DNA of 64,000 bases from Squalus acanthias (taxonomy: Eukaryota). Position numbers and translations under genes: made by a program. Where the stretch lies: NCBI GenBank assembly GCA_030390025.1, contig CM059431.1, forward strand, positions 133,426,001 to 133,490,000, given 5' to 3'. This document shows, piece by piece, positions 21,858-32,704 of this stretch; the first letter of the stretch is position 1, and every line of letters begins with the position of its first letter. The notes beneath the pieces are model-generated. The model ran no database searches. It had not been told where the DNA came from and saw only the letters and a program-made list of their open reading frames with translations.

Positions 21858-22267
21858 ATGTAATGGAACCAACCAGGGAGCAGGCTATCTTGGATCTGGT
21901 ACGATGTAATGAGACAGAATTAATAAATGATCTCATAGTAAAGGATCCTCTAGGAAAGAGTGATCATAGCATGGTTGAATTTCAAATTCAGTTGGAGGGT
22001 GAGAAAGTTGTATCTCAAACCATTGTCCTGATCTTAAACAAAGGCAATTACAATGGCATGAGGGCAGAATTGGCTAAAGTGGACTGGAAAAATAAATTAA
22101 AGGGTAAGACAGTTGAAATACAGTGGAGGACATTTAAGGAGATATTTCATAACTCTCAACAAAAATATATTCCAGTGAGAAAGAAAGATTTTAAAAGAAG
22201 GGAGCACCATCCGTGGCTAACTAAGGAAGTAAAGGATGGTATCAAATTGAAAATGAAGGCATGCACT

Positions 22268-23175
22268 TGTACGAAAGGCTGATATTTAAAGATATTTAGT
22301 AAATGAGAATCATATATGTATAACTTCAAGTGTAGCCATTGATCAAATAATATTACCCATAATTACTCCTGAGTAACTAAAAAAGCTAGACTTGTTCAAA
22401 ATGCAGCTGCGAAGGACGGTCAAAAGCAGTTTTGACTAAGCTTTGATAACAAGCAGTCACAGGCTGCTAGTGAAGGTCAAATCATTAAATAACATATTAT
22501 GATGCTAAGTAGAACTTAGAATTCACTTAATAAAACTAATTGCAACAATATTTAAAGAATAATTAGAATAAGGACATAAAATGAAAGAGATCATGGAAAT
22601 AAGGTATTTATCTGGTCGATTAAAGTGAGATAGTTTGGATACCTCAAGACTAGTGAAACAGCGCTGATACGGGCCCTTGGTATAAAGGCCTTGTACTGCT
22701 TGAAGCTAGAAATGAAAGAGATAAAGTAAATTCCAATGGGGTGAAAAACTATAAACAAGATAACACTGAACATGGCAAGGTTGGTGGAAAAATACTGGAA
22801 AGGCGGGATGCTACCTTAGTCTGAGTGACAATGGTATTTTGACCATTAGAACCAATTAAAAAAGGTGATTTTGTTAAAGACCATATATGGACACTGGCCA
22901 AACCAACTTTTGATAAGAAAAGGGTTAAAACCTCGATACCCAAAGAACAACTTCACACAGACGTACTGCAAGGACAACGGAACAGACTTAAGACGACATC
23001 ATCTGTGTCCGAGAGGTTCCAGAGACCTAGGGCTGCGAGCTACTCATTAAAACTATTGCCTAATATTAAGTATATTACGCTGTATGCTTAATAAATCTTG
23101 ATCTATTACTCAAACATACTGGCTGCTGCCTATTGGTGTCTTGTCCAAGAACTCAGAGATCGTTAAGATCTTACA
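22268..23175 (+). mobile_element. Solo LTR (908 bp)
   Basis: Starts TGTA, ends TTACA; flanks CACT/CAAT (4-bp TSD, 1 mismatch); AATAAA at 23090-23095; CR1 ORF2 sequence rejoins across it. Confidence 0.8.
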
Positions 23176-25150
23176 CAATGTTGCCAAGATTGGTGGGAGA
23201 CCAGAGGATTGGGAAATTTTTAAAAACCAGCAAAGGATGACTAAAAAAATAATAAAGAGAGAGAAGATGAATTATGAGAGTAAACTGGCAAGAAACATTA
23301 AAACAGATAGTAAGAGCTTCTACAGGTATATAAAAAGGAAGAGGGTAGCTAAAGTAAATGTTGGTCCCTTAGAGGATGAGACTGGGGAATTAATAATGGG
23401 GAATGGGGAAATGGCAGAGACTCTGAACAAATATTTTGTATCTGTCTTCACGGTAGAAGACACTAACAACATCCCAATAATGGATAATCAAGGGGCCACA
23501 GGGAGGGGGGAACTAAAGACAATCACTATCATTAAGGAAATAGTACTTGGTAAAATAATGGAACTAAAAGATGACAATTCCCCTGGACCAGATGGCCTGC
23601 ATCCCAGGGTCTTAAAAGAAGTGACTGCAGAGAAAGTGGATGCATTGGTTGCAATATACCAAAATTCCCTGGACTCTAGAGAGGTCCCATCTGATTGGAA
23701 AACCGCAAATATAACACCCCTATTTAAGAAAGGAGGGAGAAAGAAAGCAGGAAACTATAGACCAGTTAGCCTAACATCTGTCGTTGGGAAAATGCTGGAA
23801 TCCTTCATTAAGGAAGCAGTAGCAGGGTATTTGGAAATCATAATGCAGTCAAGCAGAGTCAGCATGGTTTTATGAAAGGGAAATCATGTTTAACAAACTT
23901 GCTGGAGTTCTTTGAGAAGGTAATGAGCAGGGTGGACAAAGGTGAACCAGTGGATGTGGTGTATTTAGATTTCCAGAAGGCATTTGATAAGGTGCCACAT
24001 AAAAGGTTACTGCATAAGATAAGAGCTCACAGAATTGGGGGTAATATACGAGCATGGATAGAAAATTGGCTAACTAACTAGCAGAGAGTTGGGATAAATG
24101 GGCCATTTTCCGGTTGGCAAACGGTAACTAGTGGGGTGCCACAGGCTGGGGCCTCAACTATATACAATCTACATTAATGACTTGGATGAAGAGACCGATT
24201 GTAATGTAGCCAAGTTTGCGGATGATACAAAGATGGGTGGGAAAGCAAGTTGTGCAGAGGACTCAAATAACCTGCAAAGGGATATAGACAGGCTAAGTGA
24301 GTGGGCAAACATTTGGCAGATGGAGTATAATGTGGGAAAGTGCGAGGTTATACACTTTGGCAGGAAAAATAAAAAAGCAAATTATTATTTAAATGGAGAG
24401 AGATTACAAAATGCTACAGTTCAGAGGGACCTGGGAGTCCTTGTGCATGAAACACAAAAAGTTAGCATGCAGGTACAGCAAGTAATCAAAAAGGCAAATG
24501 GAATGTTGGCCTTTATTTCAAAAGGGTTGGAGTATAAAAGCAGGGAAGTCCTGCTACAACTGTACAGGGTATTGGTGAGACCACACCTTGAGTACTGCGT
24601 ACAGTTTTGGTCTCCTTATTTAAGGAAGGATATACTTGCATTGGAGGAAGTTCAGAGACGATTCACTAGGTTAATTCCAGAGATGAGGGGTTTGACTTAT
24701 GAGGAAAGGTTGAGCAGGCTGGGCCTATACTCATTGGAATTTAGAAGAATGAGAGGTGATCTTATTGAAACATATAAGATACTGAGGGGGCACAACAGGA
24801 TAGATGCAGTGAGGATGTTTCCCCTCGTGGGAAAATCTAGAACGCGGGGGCACAGTTTTAGAATAAAGGGTCGCCCTTTTCGAACTGAGATGAGAAGGAA
24901 TTTCTTCTCTCAGAGGGTTGTAAATCTGTGGAATTCTCTGCCCCAGAGAGCAATGGAGGCTGGGTCATTAAATACATTTAAGGTGGAGATAGACAAATTT
25001 TTGCAAGATAAGGGAGTGACGGGTTATGGGAAGCGGGCGGGGAAGTGGCTTTGAGCCCAAGATCAGCCATGATCTTATTGAATGGAGGAGCAGGCTCAAG
25101 GGGCCAAGTGGCCTATTCCTGCTCCTATTTCTTATGTTCTTATGTTCTTA

Positions 25151-25410
25151 TGCCCAGCATATTTCATCGAGGAGCCTGGTCCAAAGGACGCATACGCAGT
25201 GCCGTAAGAAGTTCAACGACCTCATTCAGGTGGTCAGGGTGAGTACCTGCTTGAAAAACCTTTACATTCCACCATCTCAACCTCACTCTGTGCACAGATG
25301 GTGTAAATATGCAAATGCCCAACACTCACCCAACAACTATGTCCATTTCATAAAAGTCACATCCCACACCTTGCACGCATTAACGGCTATTCAACTGATC
25401 TTCAACCTGA
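25151..25410 (+). pseudogene. Continuation of Harbinger Myb-like exon 1 and intron
   Basis: QCRKKFNDLIQVVR followed by GTGAGT donor, same position as in the intact copy at 58529. Confidence 0.8.
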
Positions 25411-25413
25411 ACT

Positions 25414-25585
25414 GAACCTTCCCGCCGATCCTCATATCCCTTGATTCTCTTAGAGTCCAAAAATCTATCGATCTCAACCTTGGATATATTCAACGACTGA
25501 GCATCCACTCTGGAGTTGAGAATTCTGAAGATTCACAATCCTCTAAGTGAAGAAATTCCTCCTCATCTCAGTCCTAAATGGCTGA
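25414..25585 (-). mobile_element. CR1 3' fragment, host of CR1-C (continues 31293-31660)
   Basis: Reverse-complement RT C-terminal sequence that resumes after 31292. Confidence 0.7.
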
Positions 25586-25591
25586 CGCTTA

Positions 25592-26207
25592 AGCGTCGGC
25601 GGGAGTTTCAGCGGCGGCAGTGGGCCTATAAAAGGCTCCAGAGACCAGGTAAGGCCTCAGAGTGTCGGCGGGTCTTTCAGCGGCGGCAGTGGGCCTGTAA
25701 AAGGCTCCAGAGACCAGGTAAGGCCTCAGAGCGTCGGCGGGAGTTTCAGCGGCGGCAGTGGGCCTGTAAAAGGCTCCAGAGACCAGGTAAGGCCTCAGAG
25801 TGTCGGCGGGAGTTTCAGCGGCGGCAGTGGGCCTGTAAAAGGCTCCAGAGACCAGGTAAGGCCTCAGAGCGTCGGCGGGAGTTTCAGCGGCGGCAGTGGG
25901 CCTGTAAAAGGCTCCAGAGACCAGGTAAGGCCTCAGAGCGTCGGCGGGAGTTTCAGCAGCGGCAGTGGGCCTGTAAAAGGCTCCAGAGACCAGGTAAGGC
26001 CTCAGAGCGTCGGCGGGAGTTTCAGCGACGGCAGTGGGCCTATAAAAGGCTCCAGAGACCAGGTAAGGCCTCAGAGCGTCGGCGGGAGTTTCAGCGGCGG
26101 CAGTGGGCCTGTAAAAGGCTCCAGAGACCAGGTAAGGCCTCAGAGCGTCGGCGGGAGTTTCAGCGGCGGCAGTGGGCCTGTAAAAGGCTCCAGAGACCAG
26201 GTAAGGC
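25592..26207 (+). repeat. 69-bp tandem array (9 copies) at the CR1-C 5' end
   Basis: Unit AGCGTCGGCGGGAGTTTCAGCGGCGGCAGTGGGCCTRTAAAAGGCTCCAGAGACCAGGTAAGGCCTCAG. Confidence 0.95.
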
Positions 26208-26431
26208 GAACCAGTCTCCGAACTCAGAGGGAAAAATAATCGAAGTGTGACGTCACCAAAAAGCAGGTAAGTGATTGGTTGGTGAGAATTTCTCTCTAAG
26301 CTTAAATTCTGTGGTGTTAAATTTCTAGGGTCTCTGTGGTGTAGTGGGGACAGTTGGTAAATAAAGCGTCCTAGAGTATATCTGTAACTGGGGTATTGAA
26401 TACATTTTTAATTTAATTAAAGGAGTAGGTC

Positions 26432-27382
26432 ATGACAGGTGATATCAGCCCCGTGTTATGCTCCTCTTGCTCCATGTGGGAATTCAGGGACGCTGCCAGT
26501 GTCCCTGGGGACCACGTGTGCGAGAAATGCATCCAGCTGCAGCTACTTGTAGACCGCATTGCGGCACTCGAGCTGCGGGTGGATGAGTTTTGGAGCATAC
26601 GCGATGCTGAGAGGGTCGTGGATAGCACGTTTAATGAGTTGGTCACGCCGCAGGGTAGGGCTGCACAGGCAGAAGGGAAATGGGTGACCATCAGGCGGAG
26701 CAGCAGAGGCAGGCAGGGAGTACAGGGGACCCCTGCGGTCATCCCCATTTCAAACAGGTATACCGATTTGGATACTGTTGAGGGGGATGACTCACCAGGG
26801 GAGAGTGGCAGCAGCCAACTTCCTGGCACCAGGGTTGCTTCTGCTGCTCAGAAAGGGAGGAAAAAGAGTGGGAGAGCAATAGTGGTAGGGGATTCTATCG
26901 TAAGGGGAACAGATAGGCGTTTCTGTGGCCGCAAAAGTGACTCCAGGATGGTTTGTTTCCTCCCTGGGGCCAGGGTCATGGATGTCACTGAGCGGCTACA
27001 GGGCATTCTTAAGGGGGAGGGTGAGCAGGCAGAGGTCGTGGTTCACATTGGGACCAACGACATAGGTAGGAAGGGGGATGAGGTCCTGCATCAAGAATTT
27101 AGGGAGCTAGGCAGCAGATTAAAGAGCAGGACCTCAAAGGTTGTAATCTCTGGATTACTCCCAGTGCCACGTGCTAGTGAGTATAGGAATAGGAGGATAG
27201 AACAGATGAATGCGTGGCTAAAGAGTTGGTGCAGGAGGGAGGGTTTTAGTTTCCTGGATCACTGGGCCTGCTTCTGGGGAAGGTGGGACTTGTACAAGTC
27301 GGACGGTTTGCACCTGAACCAGAGCGGGACAAATATCCTTGCGGGGAGGTTTGCTAGCACTGTTGGGGGGGGTTTAAACTAA
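26432..27382 (+). CDS. CR1 ORF1 protein (zinc motif, leucine zipper, GDSL/SGNH esterase)
   Basis: CSSCSMWE...HVCEKC; heptad leucines; VVGDSIVRG, PGA, HIGTNDIG, DGLHLN. Confidence 0.93.
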   Translation: MTGDISPVLCSSCSMWEFRDAASVPGDHVCEKCIQLQLLVDRIAALELRVDEFWSIRDAERVVDSTFNELVTPQGRAAQAEGKWVTIRRSSRGRQGVQGTPAVIPISNRYTDLDTVEGDDSPGESGSSQLPGTRVASAAQKGRKKSGRAIVVGDSIVRGTDRRFCGRKSDSRMVCFLPGARVMDVTERLQGILKGEGEQAEVVVHIGTNDIGRKGDEVLHQEFRELGSRLKSRTSKVVISGLLPVPRASEYRNRRIEQMNAWLKSWCRREGFSFLDHWACFWGRWDLYKSDGLHLNQSGTNILAGRFASTVGGGLN

Positions 27383-30300
27383 CTTGGCAGGGGGATGGGA
27401 TACAGAGTGGAGCTACAATAGGGGGTGATATACAGTCAAATATAGAGAAAAAAACAAGTCAGCTTGGAAGACAGGGCAAACATGTAAGAGCAAGGCTGGA
27501 AGGCATCTATTTTAATGCAAGGAGTCTAGCGAATAAGGTGGATGAACTGAAGGTGTTGATAAACACATGGGAGTATGATATTGTTGCTATCACGGAGACA
27601 TGGTTGAGGGAGGGGCAAGACTGGCAGCTCAATATTCCGGGGTACAGAATCTTCAGGCGAGACAGAGGGGGAGGTATAAGAGGAGGGGGTGTCGCAATAT
27701 TAATTAAGGAATCAATTACTGCCATAAGGAGGGATGATATATTAGCAGGTTCCTCCAATGAGGCTATATGGGTGGAGCTTAAAAACAAAAAGGGGGCAAG
27801 CACTTTGCTTGGAGCGTACTATAGGCCCCCAAACAGTCAGGGGGAGATAGAGGAACAGATATGTAGGCAAATCTCAGAGAAATGTGCAAATAATAGGGTA
27901 ATAATAATGGGGGATTTCAACTTCCCCAATATTAACTGGGATAGTCAGAGTGTAAAAGGCTTAGAGGGTTCAAAATTCTTAAAGTGCATCCAGGAGAGCT
28001 TTTTGAGCCAGCATGTAGAAAGTCCTACAAGAGAGGGGGCGGTACTGGACCTAATTCTCAGGAATGTGGCCGGCCAAGTGGAAGAAGTGCTAGTAGGTGA
28101 ACACTTTGGTGACAGTGACCATAATACGGTGAGATTTAAGGTGGTCATGGAAAAGGACAGGGATGGGCCGGAAATAAAGGTTCTAAATTGGGGGAAGGCC
28201 GATTTTAATAGGATAAGGCAGGATCTGGCCAAAAGGGACTGGGATCAGCTGCTTGTAGGAAAATCCGCATCGGAGCAATGGGATTCTTTCAGAAGGGAGA
28301 TTGAGATCATACAATGGCAGCATGTTCCCGTAAAGGTCAAGGGTGGTTCCAGAAACCACAGGGAACCTTGGATGTCAGGGGATATACGAGAATGGATCAG
28401 GAAAAAAAGGAGGGCTTTTGGCAGATACAAAATGCTAAAGACGGAGGAAGCCCTAGAGGAGTACAAAAAGTGCAGGGGGATACTTAAAAAAGAAATTAGG
28501 AGATCAAGGAGGGGCCATGAAATAACACTGGCGAGCAAAATAAAGGAAAATCCTAAGATGTTTTATAAGTATATTAAGGGTAAGAGGATAACTAGGGAAA
28601 AGATAGGGCCCATTAGGGACAAAAGTGGCAATCTGTGTGTGGAGCCGGAAGATGTAGGTGGGGTTCTAAATGAATTTTTTGCATTTGTTTTCACTATGGA
28701 GAAGGACGATGCAGACATAAAATTAGGGCAGGGGGACTGTGATATACTCGAACATTTTAACATCGAGAGGGAGGAGGTATTGGCGGTTTTAGCAGGTCTG
28801 AAAATGGATAAATCCCCAGGTCCGGACGAAATGTATCCCAGGCTGCTGTGTGAGGCAAAGGAGGAGATTGCGGGGGCTCCAACACATATATTCAGAACCT
28901 CTCTGGCCACAGGGGATGTGCCAGAGGACTGGAGAACCGCTAATGTAGTACCATTATTCAAGAAAGGGAGTAGGGAAAAACTGGGGAACTACAGGCCAGT
29001 GAGCCTAACATCAGTGGTAGGAAAATTATTGGAAAAAATTCTGAGGGACAAAATTAGTCTCCACTTGGAGAGGCAAGGATTAATCAGGGTTAGCCAACAT
29101 GGCTTTGTCAAGGGAAAATCATGTCTGACTAATTTGATTGAATTTTTTGAGGGGGTGACTAGGTGTGTGGATGAGGGTAACGCAGTGGTTGTGGTATACA
29201 TGGATTTCAGTAAGGCCTTCGATAAAGTCCCGCACAGGAGACTGGTCAAGAAGATAAGAGCCCATGGAATCCAGGGTGCCTTGGCACATTGGATACAAAA
29301 CTGGCTCAGTGGCAGAAGGCAGAGGGTGATGGTCGAAGGTTGTTTTTGTGACTGGAAGCCTGTGGCCAGTGGGGTACCACAGGGATCGGTGCTGGGTCCC
29401 TTGCTGTTTGTGGTCTACATTAACGACTTGGATATGAATGTAAAAGGTATGATCAGTAAGTTCGCGGATGATACAAAAATTGATAGGGTGGTAAATAGCG
29501 AGGAGGGTAGCCTCAGTCTGCAGGACGATATAGATGGGTTGGTCAGATGGGCGGAACAGTGGCAAATGGAATTTAATCCGGAAAAGTGCGAGGTGATGCA
29601 CTTTGGAGGGACTAACAAGGCAAGGGAATACACAATGAATGGTAAGACCCTAGGCAAGACGGAGGGTCAGAGGGATCTTGGTGTGCAAGTACACAGATCC
29701 CTGAAGGCGGCGGAACAGGTGGATAAGGTGGTAAAAAAGGCATATGGGATACTTGCATTCATTAGCCGAGGCATAGAATATAAGAGCAAGGAGGTTATGA
29801 TGGAGCTGTATAAAACACTGGTTAGGCCACATCTGGAATACTGTGTGCAGTTCTGGTCGCCACACTACAGGAAGGATGTGATCGCTTTGGAGAGGGTGCA
29901 GAGGAGATTCACCAGAATGTTACCCGGGCTGGAGTGCTTCAGCTATGAAGAGAGACTGGGCAGATTGGGTTTGTTTTCCTTGGAGCAGAGGAGGCTGAGG
30001 GGTGACATGATTGAGGTGTACAAAATTATGAGGGGCATAGATAGGATGGATACTAAGGAGCTTTTTCCCTTAGTAGAGGGGTCTATAACAAGGGGGCATA
30101 GATTCAAGGTAAAGGGCGGGAGGTTTAGAAGGGATTTGAGAAAGAACTTTTTCACCCAGAGGGTGGTTGGAGTCTGGAACTCACTGCCTGAAAGGGTTGT
30201 GCAGGCAGGAACCCTCACAACATTCAAGAAGCATTTGGATGAGCACTTGAAATGCCATAGCATACAAGGCTACGGACCAAATGCTGGAATATGGGATTAG
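27373..30300 (+). CDS. CR1 ORF2 (APE endonuclease + reverse transcriptase)
   Basis: Frame open from the ORF1 stop region through YFNARS, ITETWL, MGDFN, SDH, QGSVLGP, FADD. The ORF track start (27538, GTG) lies inside the APE domain. Confidence 0.94.
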   Translation, partial: FKLTWQGDGIQSGATIGGDIQSNIEKKTSQLGRQGKHVRARLEGIYFNARSLANKVDELKVLINTWEYDIVAITETWLREGQDWQLNIPGYRIFRRDRGGGIRGGGVAILIKESITAIRRDDILAGSSNEAIWVELKNKKGASTLLGAYYRPPNSQGEIEEQICRQISEKCANNRVIIMGDFNFPNINWDSQSVKGLEGSKFLKCIQESFLSQHVESPTREGAVLDLILRNVAGQVEEVLVGEHFGDSDHNTVRFKVVMEKDRDGPEIKVLNWGKADFNRIRQDLAKRDWDQLLVGKSASEQWDSFRREIEIIQWQHVPVKVKGGSRNHREPWMSGDIREWIRKKRRAFGRYKMLKTEEALEEYKKCRGILKKEIRRSRRGHEITLASKIKENPKMFYKYIKGKRITREKIGPIRDKSGNLCVEPEDVGGVLNEFFAFVFTMEKDDADIKLGQGDCDILEHFNIEREEVLAVLAGLKMDKSPGPDEMYPRLLCEAKEEIAGAPTHIFRTSLATGDVPEDWRTANVVPLFKKGSREKLGNYRPVSLTSVVGKLLEKILRDKISLHLERQGLIRVSQHGFVKGKSCLTNLIEFFEGVTRCVDEGNAVVVVYMDFSKAFDKVPHRRLVKKIRAHGIQGALAHWIQNWLSGRRQRVMVEGCFCDWKPVASGVPQGSVLGPLLFVVYINDLDMNVKGMISKFADDTKIDRVVNSEEGSLSLQDDIDGLVRWAEQWQMEFNPEKCEVMHFGGTNKAREYTMNGKTLGKTEGQRDLGVQVHRSLKAAEQVDKVVKKAYGILAFISRGIEYKSKEVMMELYKTLVRPHLEYCVQFWSPHYRKDVIALERVQRRFTRMLPGLECFSYEERLGRLGLFSLEQRRLRGDMIEVYKIMRGIDRMDTKELFPLVEGSITRGHRFKVKGGRFRRDLRKNFFTQRVVGVWNSLPERVVQAGTLTTFKKHLDEHLKCHSIQGYGPNAGIWD

Positions 30301-30380
30301 ATTAGACAGGGCTTGATGGCCGGCGCGGACACGATGGGCTGAAGGGCCTCTATCCGTGCTGTATAACTCTATGACTCTAT

Positions 30381-31275
30381 GGGGGAGAAATTCAGTATCG
30401 CCCCATTTGGGGCGCAATTATCGGCCGGGCGCAAAGATTAGCGCCTGGCGCTAATTATCGCCATCGACTGCAAACTTGACTTTTATCGCCCCTGGAGGTG
30501 ATTGGAGCACTAAATCAGGCCCTTCACACCGGTCTTAAGGCGCAAAGGCCGAGGAGCGAGGCGCTACCTCAGAGCGCTGGCGAAGCTCATGTAATGTCAG
30601 TCAGCAATGGAGCACACACACAATGGCACGGGCCAGTTCTTAAAGGGAATGGTTAATCTTGCTTTCCATCCACATCCTGCTCATTGCAGCCTTGAATCTC
30701 TGCCTGGAGAGACCTGCACATCAAATCTGCTGGAAAGAACAATGGAGAGTACCAGGCAAAGAGCTCAGAGTGCAGCCCCCACATTCTTTTCTAAATCGAT
30801 ACAAGGAATGGCAAATCAAAATGAACCTGCAAAGTGCTGCTCAGTACCCAAAACTCCTTCACACAACGTTGAATCTCTCCAGAAGTCTCTCTCACTCTCT
30901 CTCTCAGAATGCGTAGTTCAAAAATGGCACCAACAATAAAAGGCAGGAAGCGGTCACCTTTAAATAGCGCTCCCCCTTTCCCTTCCTGACTGCAGAACGC
31001 TCCCCTCAACCTGTCGTTGCTAGCGTCAGGCGGTAAGGCAGGGGGCGGCACTCAATATCCGCTCTGGGGCGATACCAGGGCGTTGCGCACTCGACTGACG
31101 TCACGATCTGCCGGCGCAGGAGATCGTGGCGGTAGTGTTTAGCGCCGCCGCAAAATGTCTAGTTAAGTTCGCGAGCGGCGCAAACATCGCTGCGCCCAGG
31201 CGCTAGTTGCTTTGCGCCCCATTAGCGCCCTCTTAAGGCGCTAACGGGAGGCGCAACCAACTGAATTTTTCCCCC
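30381..31275 (+). mobile_element. Non-autonomous Harbinger (MITE family 1) inserted in CR1 tail
   Basis: TIRs GGGGGAGAAATTCAG / CTGAATTTTTCCCCC; TSD TAT; ends homologous to 57936-62169. Confidence 0.94.
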
Positions 31276-31292
31276 TATGACTCTATGACTAT

Positions 31293-31660
31293 GCCCCCAA
31301 GTTCTAGACTCTCCAGCCAGGAGAAACAACCTCTCAGCATCTACCCTGTGAATCCCCCTCAGAATGTTTCAATGAGATCGCCTCTCATTCTTCTAAACTC
31401 CAGGCAGTATAGACCCAATCTACTCAATCTCTCCTATCATCCCAGGAATCAGTCTGGTGAACCTTCGTTGCACCGCCTCTAAGGTAAGTATATCCTTCCT
31501 TAGGTACGGAGACCAAAACTGTACACAGTACTCCAGGTGTGGTTTCACCAAAGCCCAGTACAATTGCAGCAAGATTTCCTCACTCTTGGACTCCAACCCC
31601 CTTGCAATAAAGACCAACATACCATTTGCCTTCCTAATTGCTTGCTGCACCTGCATGTTA
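31293..31660 (-). mobile_element. CR1 RT fragment
   Basis: ORF 31420-31656 MQVQQAIRKANGML...LEYCVQFWSP. Confidence 0.85.
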
Positions 31661-32590
31661 ACTTGCAGGCCACGAAATTCGTCACCTTAGCGCCGGTTGA
31701 TAAGGTCAGTTTCAGCAAAAAAATTGCGGCTGCCTCGCTTCCGCCCAATTACGGAGCGGGCTGCGGCTGCCGCTATTTTGGGCAGCTCGTTCGCCAGAAG
31801 ATTGCTAATGAGGCAGATGGTGATGTGGATCGTGCAGCGCTGATTTGACGCACGACCTGCTATTTTGGATGTCGCTGCTTGATTGCATGCCCTCTCCAAA
31901 GCACACACAGCTGAACGTATGTTCAGCTGCATGAGGGACCACCCCCCAACGGTATTTAAAGGCATCACCAACAACTTGCAGGTGACTTACTTATTAATTT
32001 CTACTGGCTCTGTGTAAGTCTGTGCAACGATTTGGAGCTTTCTACAGTTATTTAAAGTTGTTGAGGTGACAGGGAGTGGTGCTGCAAGTGGAGAAGGCTT
32101 TGCTTCTGAATTCAAGGGTTCTGCTCAGACCATTTGCTCCCAGTCATGGGGGCGCTACTTACAGTCCCCCTCGCACTGGTGCATGAAAGGGAGATGGAGC
32201 AGAGGCAGCAAAAAAGAGGACAAGTTGCTAACAGGGATGAGGAGGAGGGGCAGGAGGGCTCTCAGCAGGAGGCCTTACCCACCTAGGGTCTTCCGAGAGC
32301 ACTTCTCCTACCTGTACTTAAGCCAGGAGCAGTGTGTTCAGAGGCTCCGCTTCACCAAGCAGGTGGTCACAGAACTCTGCCACCTCCTGGAACCAGACCT
32401 GCAGCCTCAGAGCAGGGTGCAACGGCGTAGCCAATGGCAGTCAAGGTCACTGTGTCCCTCAATTTTTTCACCACCAGATCCTTCCAGTCTGCAACAGGTG
32501 ACAAAGCTAACATCTCCCAGTTCGCTGTCCATTGCTGCATCTGAGAGGTCACAGAGGCTCTGTACTCCAAGAGAAGGGACTTAATTGTCT
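31661..32590 (+). pseudogene. Harbinger fragment with transposase N-terminus
   Basis: RRPYPPRVFREHFSYL...RLRFTKQVVTELCHLL in ORF 32066-32584. Confidence 0.8.
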
Positions 32591-32704
32591 GCCCTTATTT
32601 CCCCTTATAATTTCTTCTGTCTCAGCCTCTAAGGGACCCACATTTACTTTCGCTACTCTCTTCCTTTTTACATACTTGTAGAAGCTCTTACAATCTGTTT
32701 TTAT

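Larger units (their letters stand above)
19709..25054 (+). pseudogene. CR1-A ORF2 (APE endonuclease + RT), disrupted
   Basis: YLNARS, ITEMWL, MGDFN; NYRPVSLTS, YLDFQKAFDKV, KFADD; interrupted at ~20414-21857 and 22268-23175, plus frameshifts. Confidence 0.9.
15643..25150 (+). mobile_element. Full-length CR1 LINE copy A, interrupted by three nested insertions
   Basis: 5' tandem array; ORF1 with zinc motif and GDSL esterase; ORF2 APE-RT fragments (19757, 21863, 23141, 23872, 24131); (TTCTTATG)n tail ending at 25150. Confidence 0.92.
25590..31292 (+). mobile_element. Full-length CR1 LINE copy C with both ORFs open
   Basis: 5' 69-bp array, ORF1 316 aa, ORF2 >920 aa, 3' UTR and (ACTCTATG)n tail split by a MITE. 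Confidence 0.95.

Noticed and set aside
25516..26250. 244-aa repetitive ORF
   Set aside because: By-product of a 69-bp (multiple of 3) tandem unit; starts in an unrelated antisense CR1 fragment.
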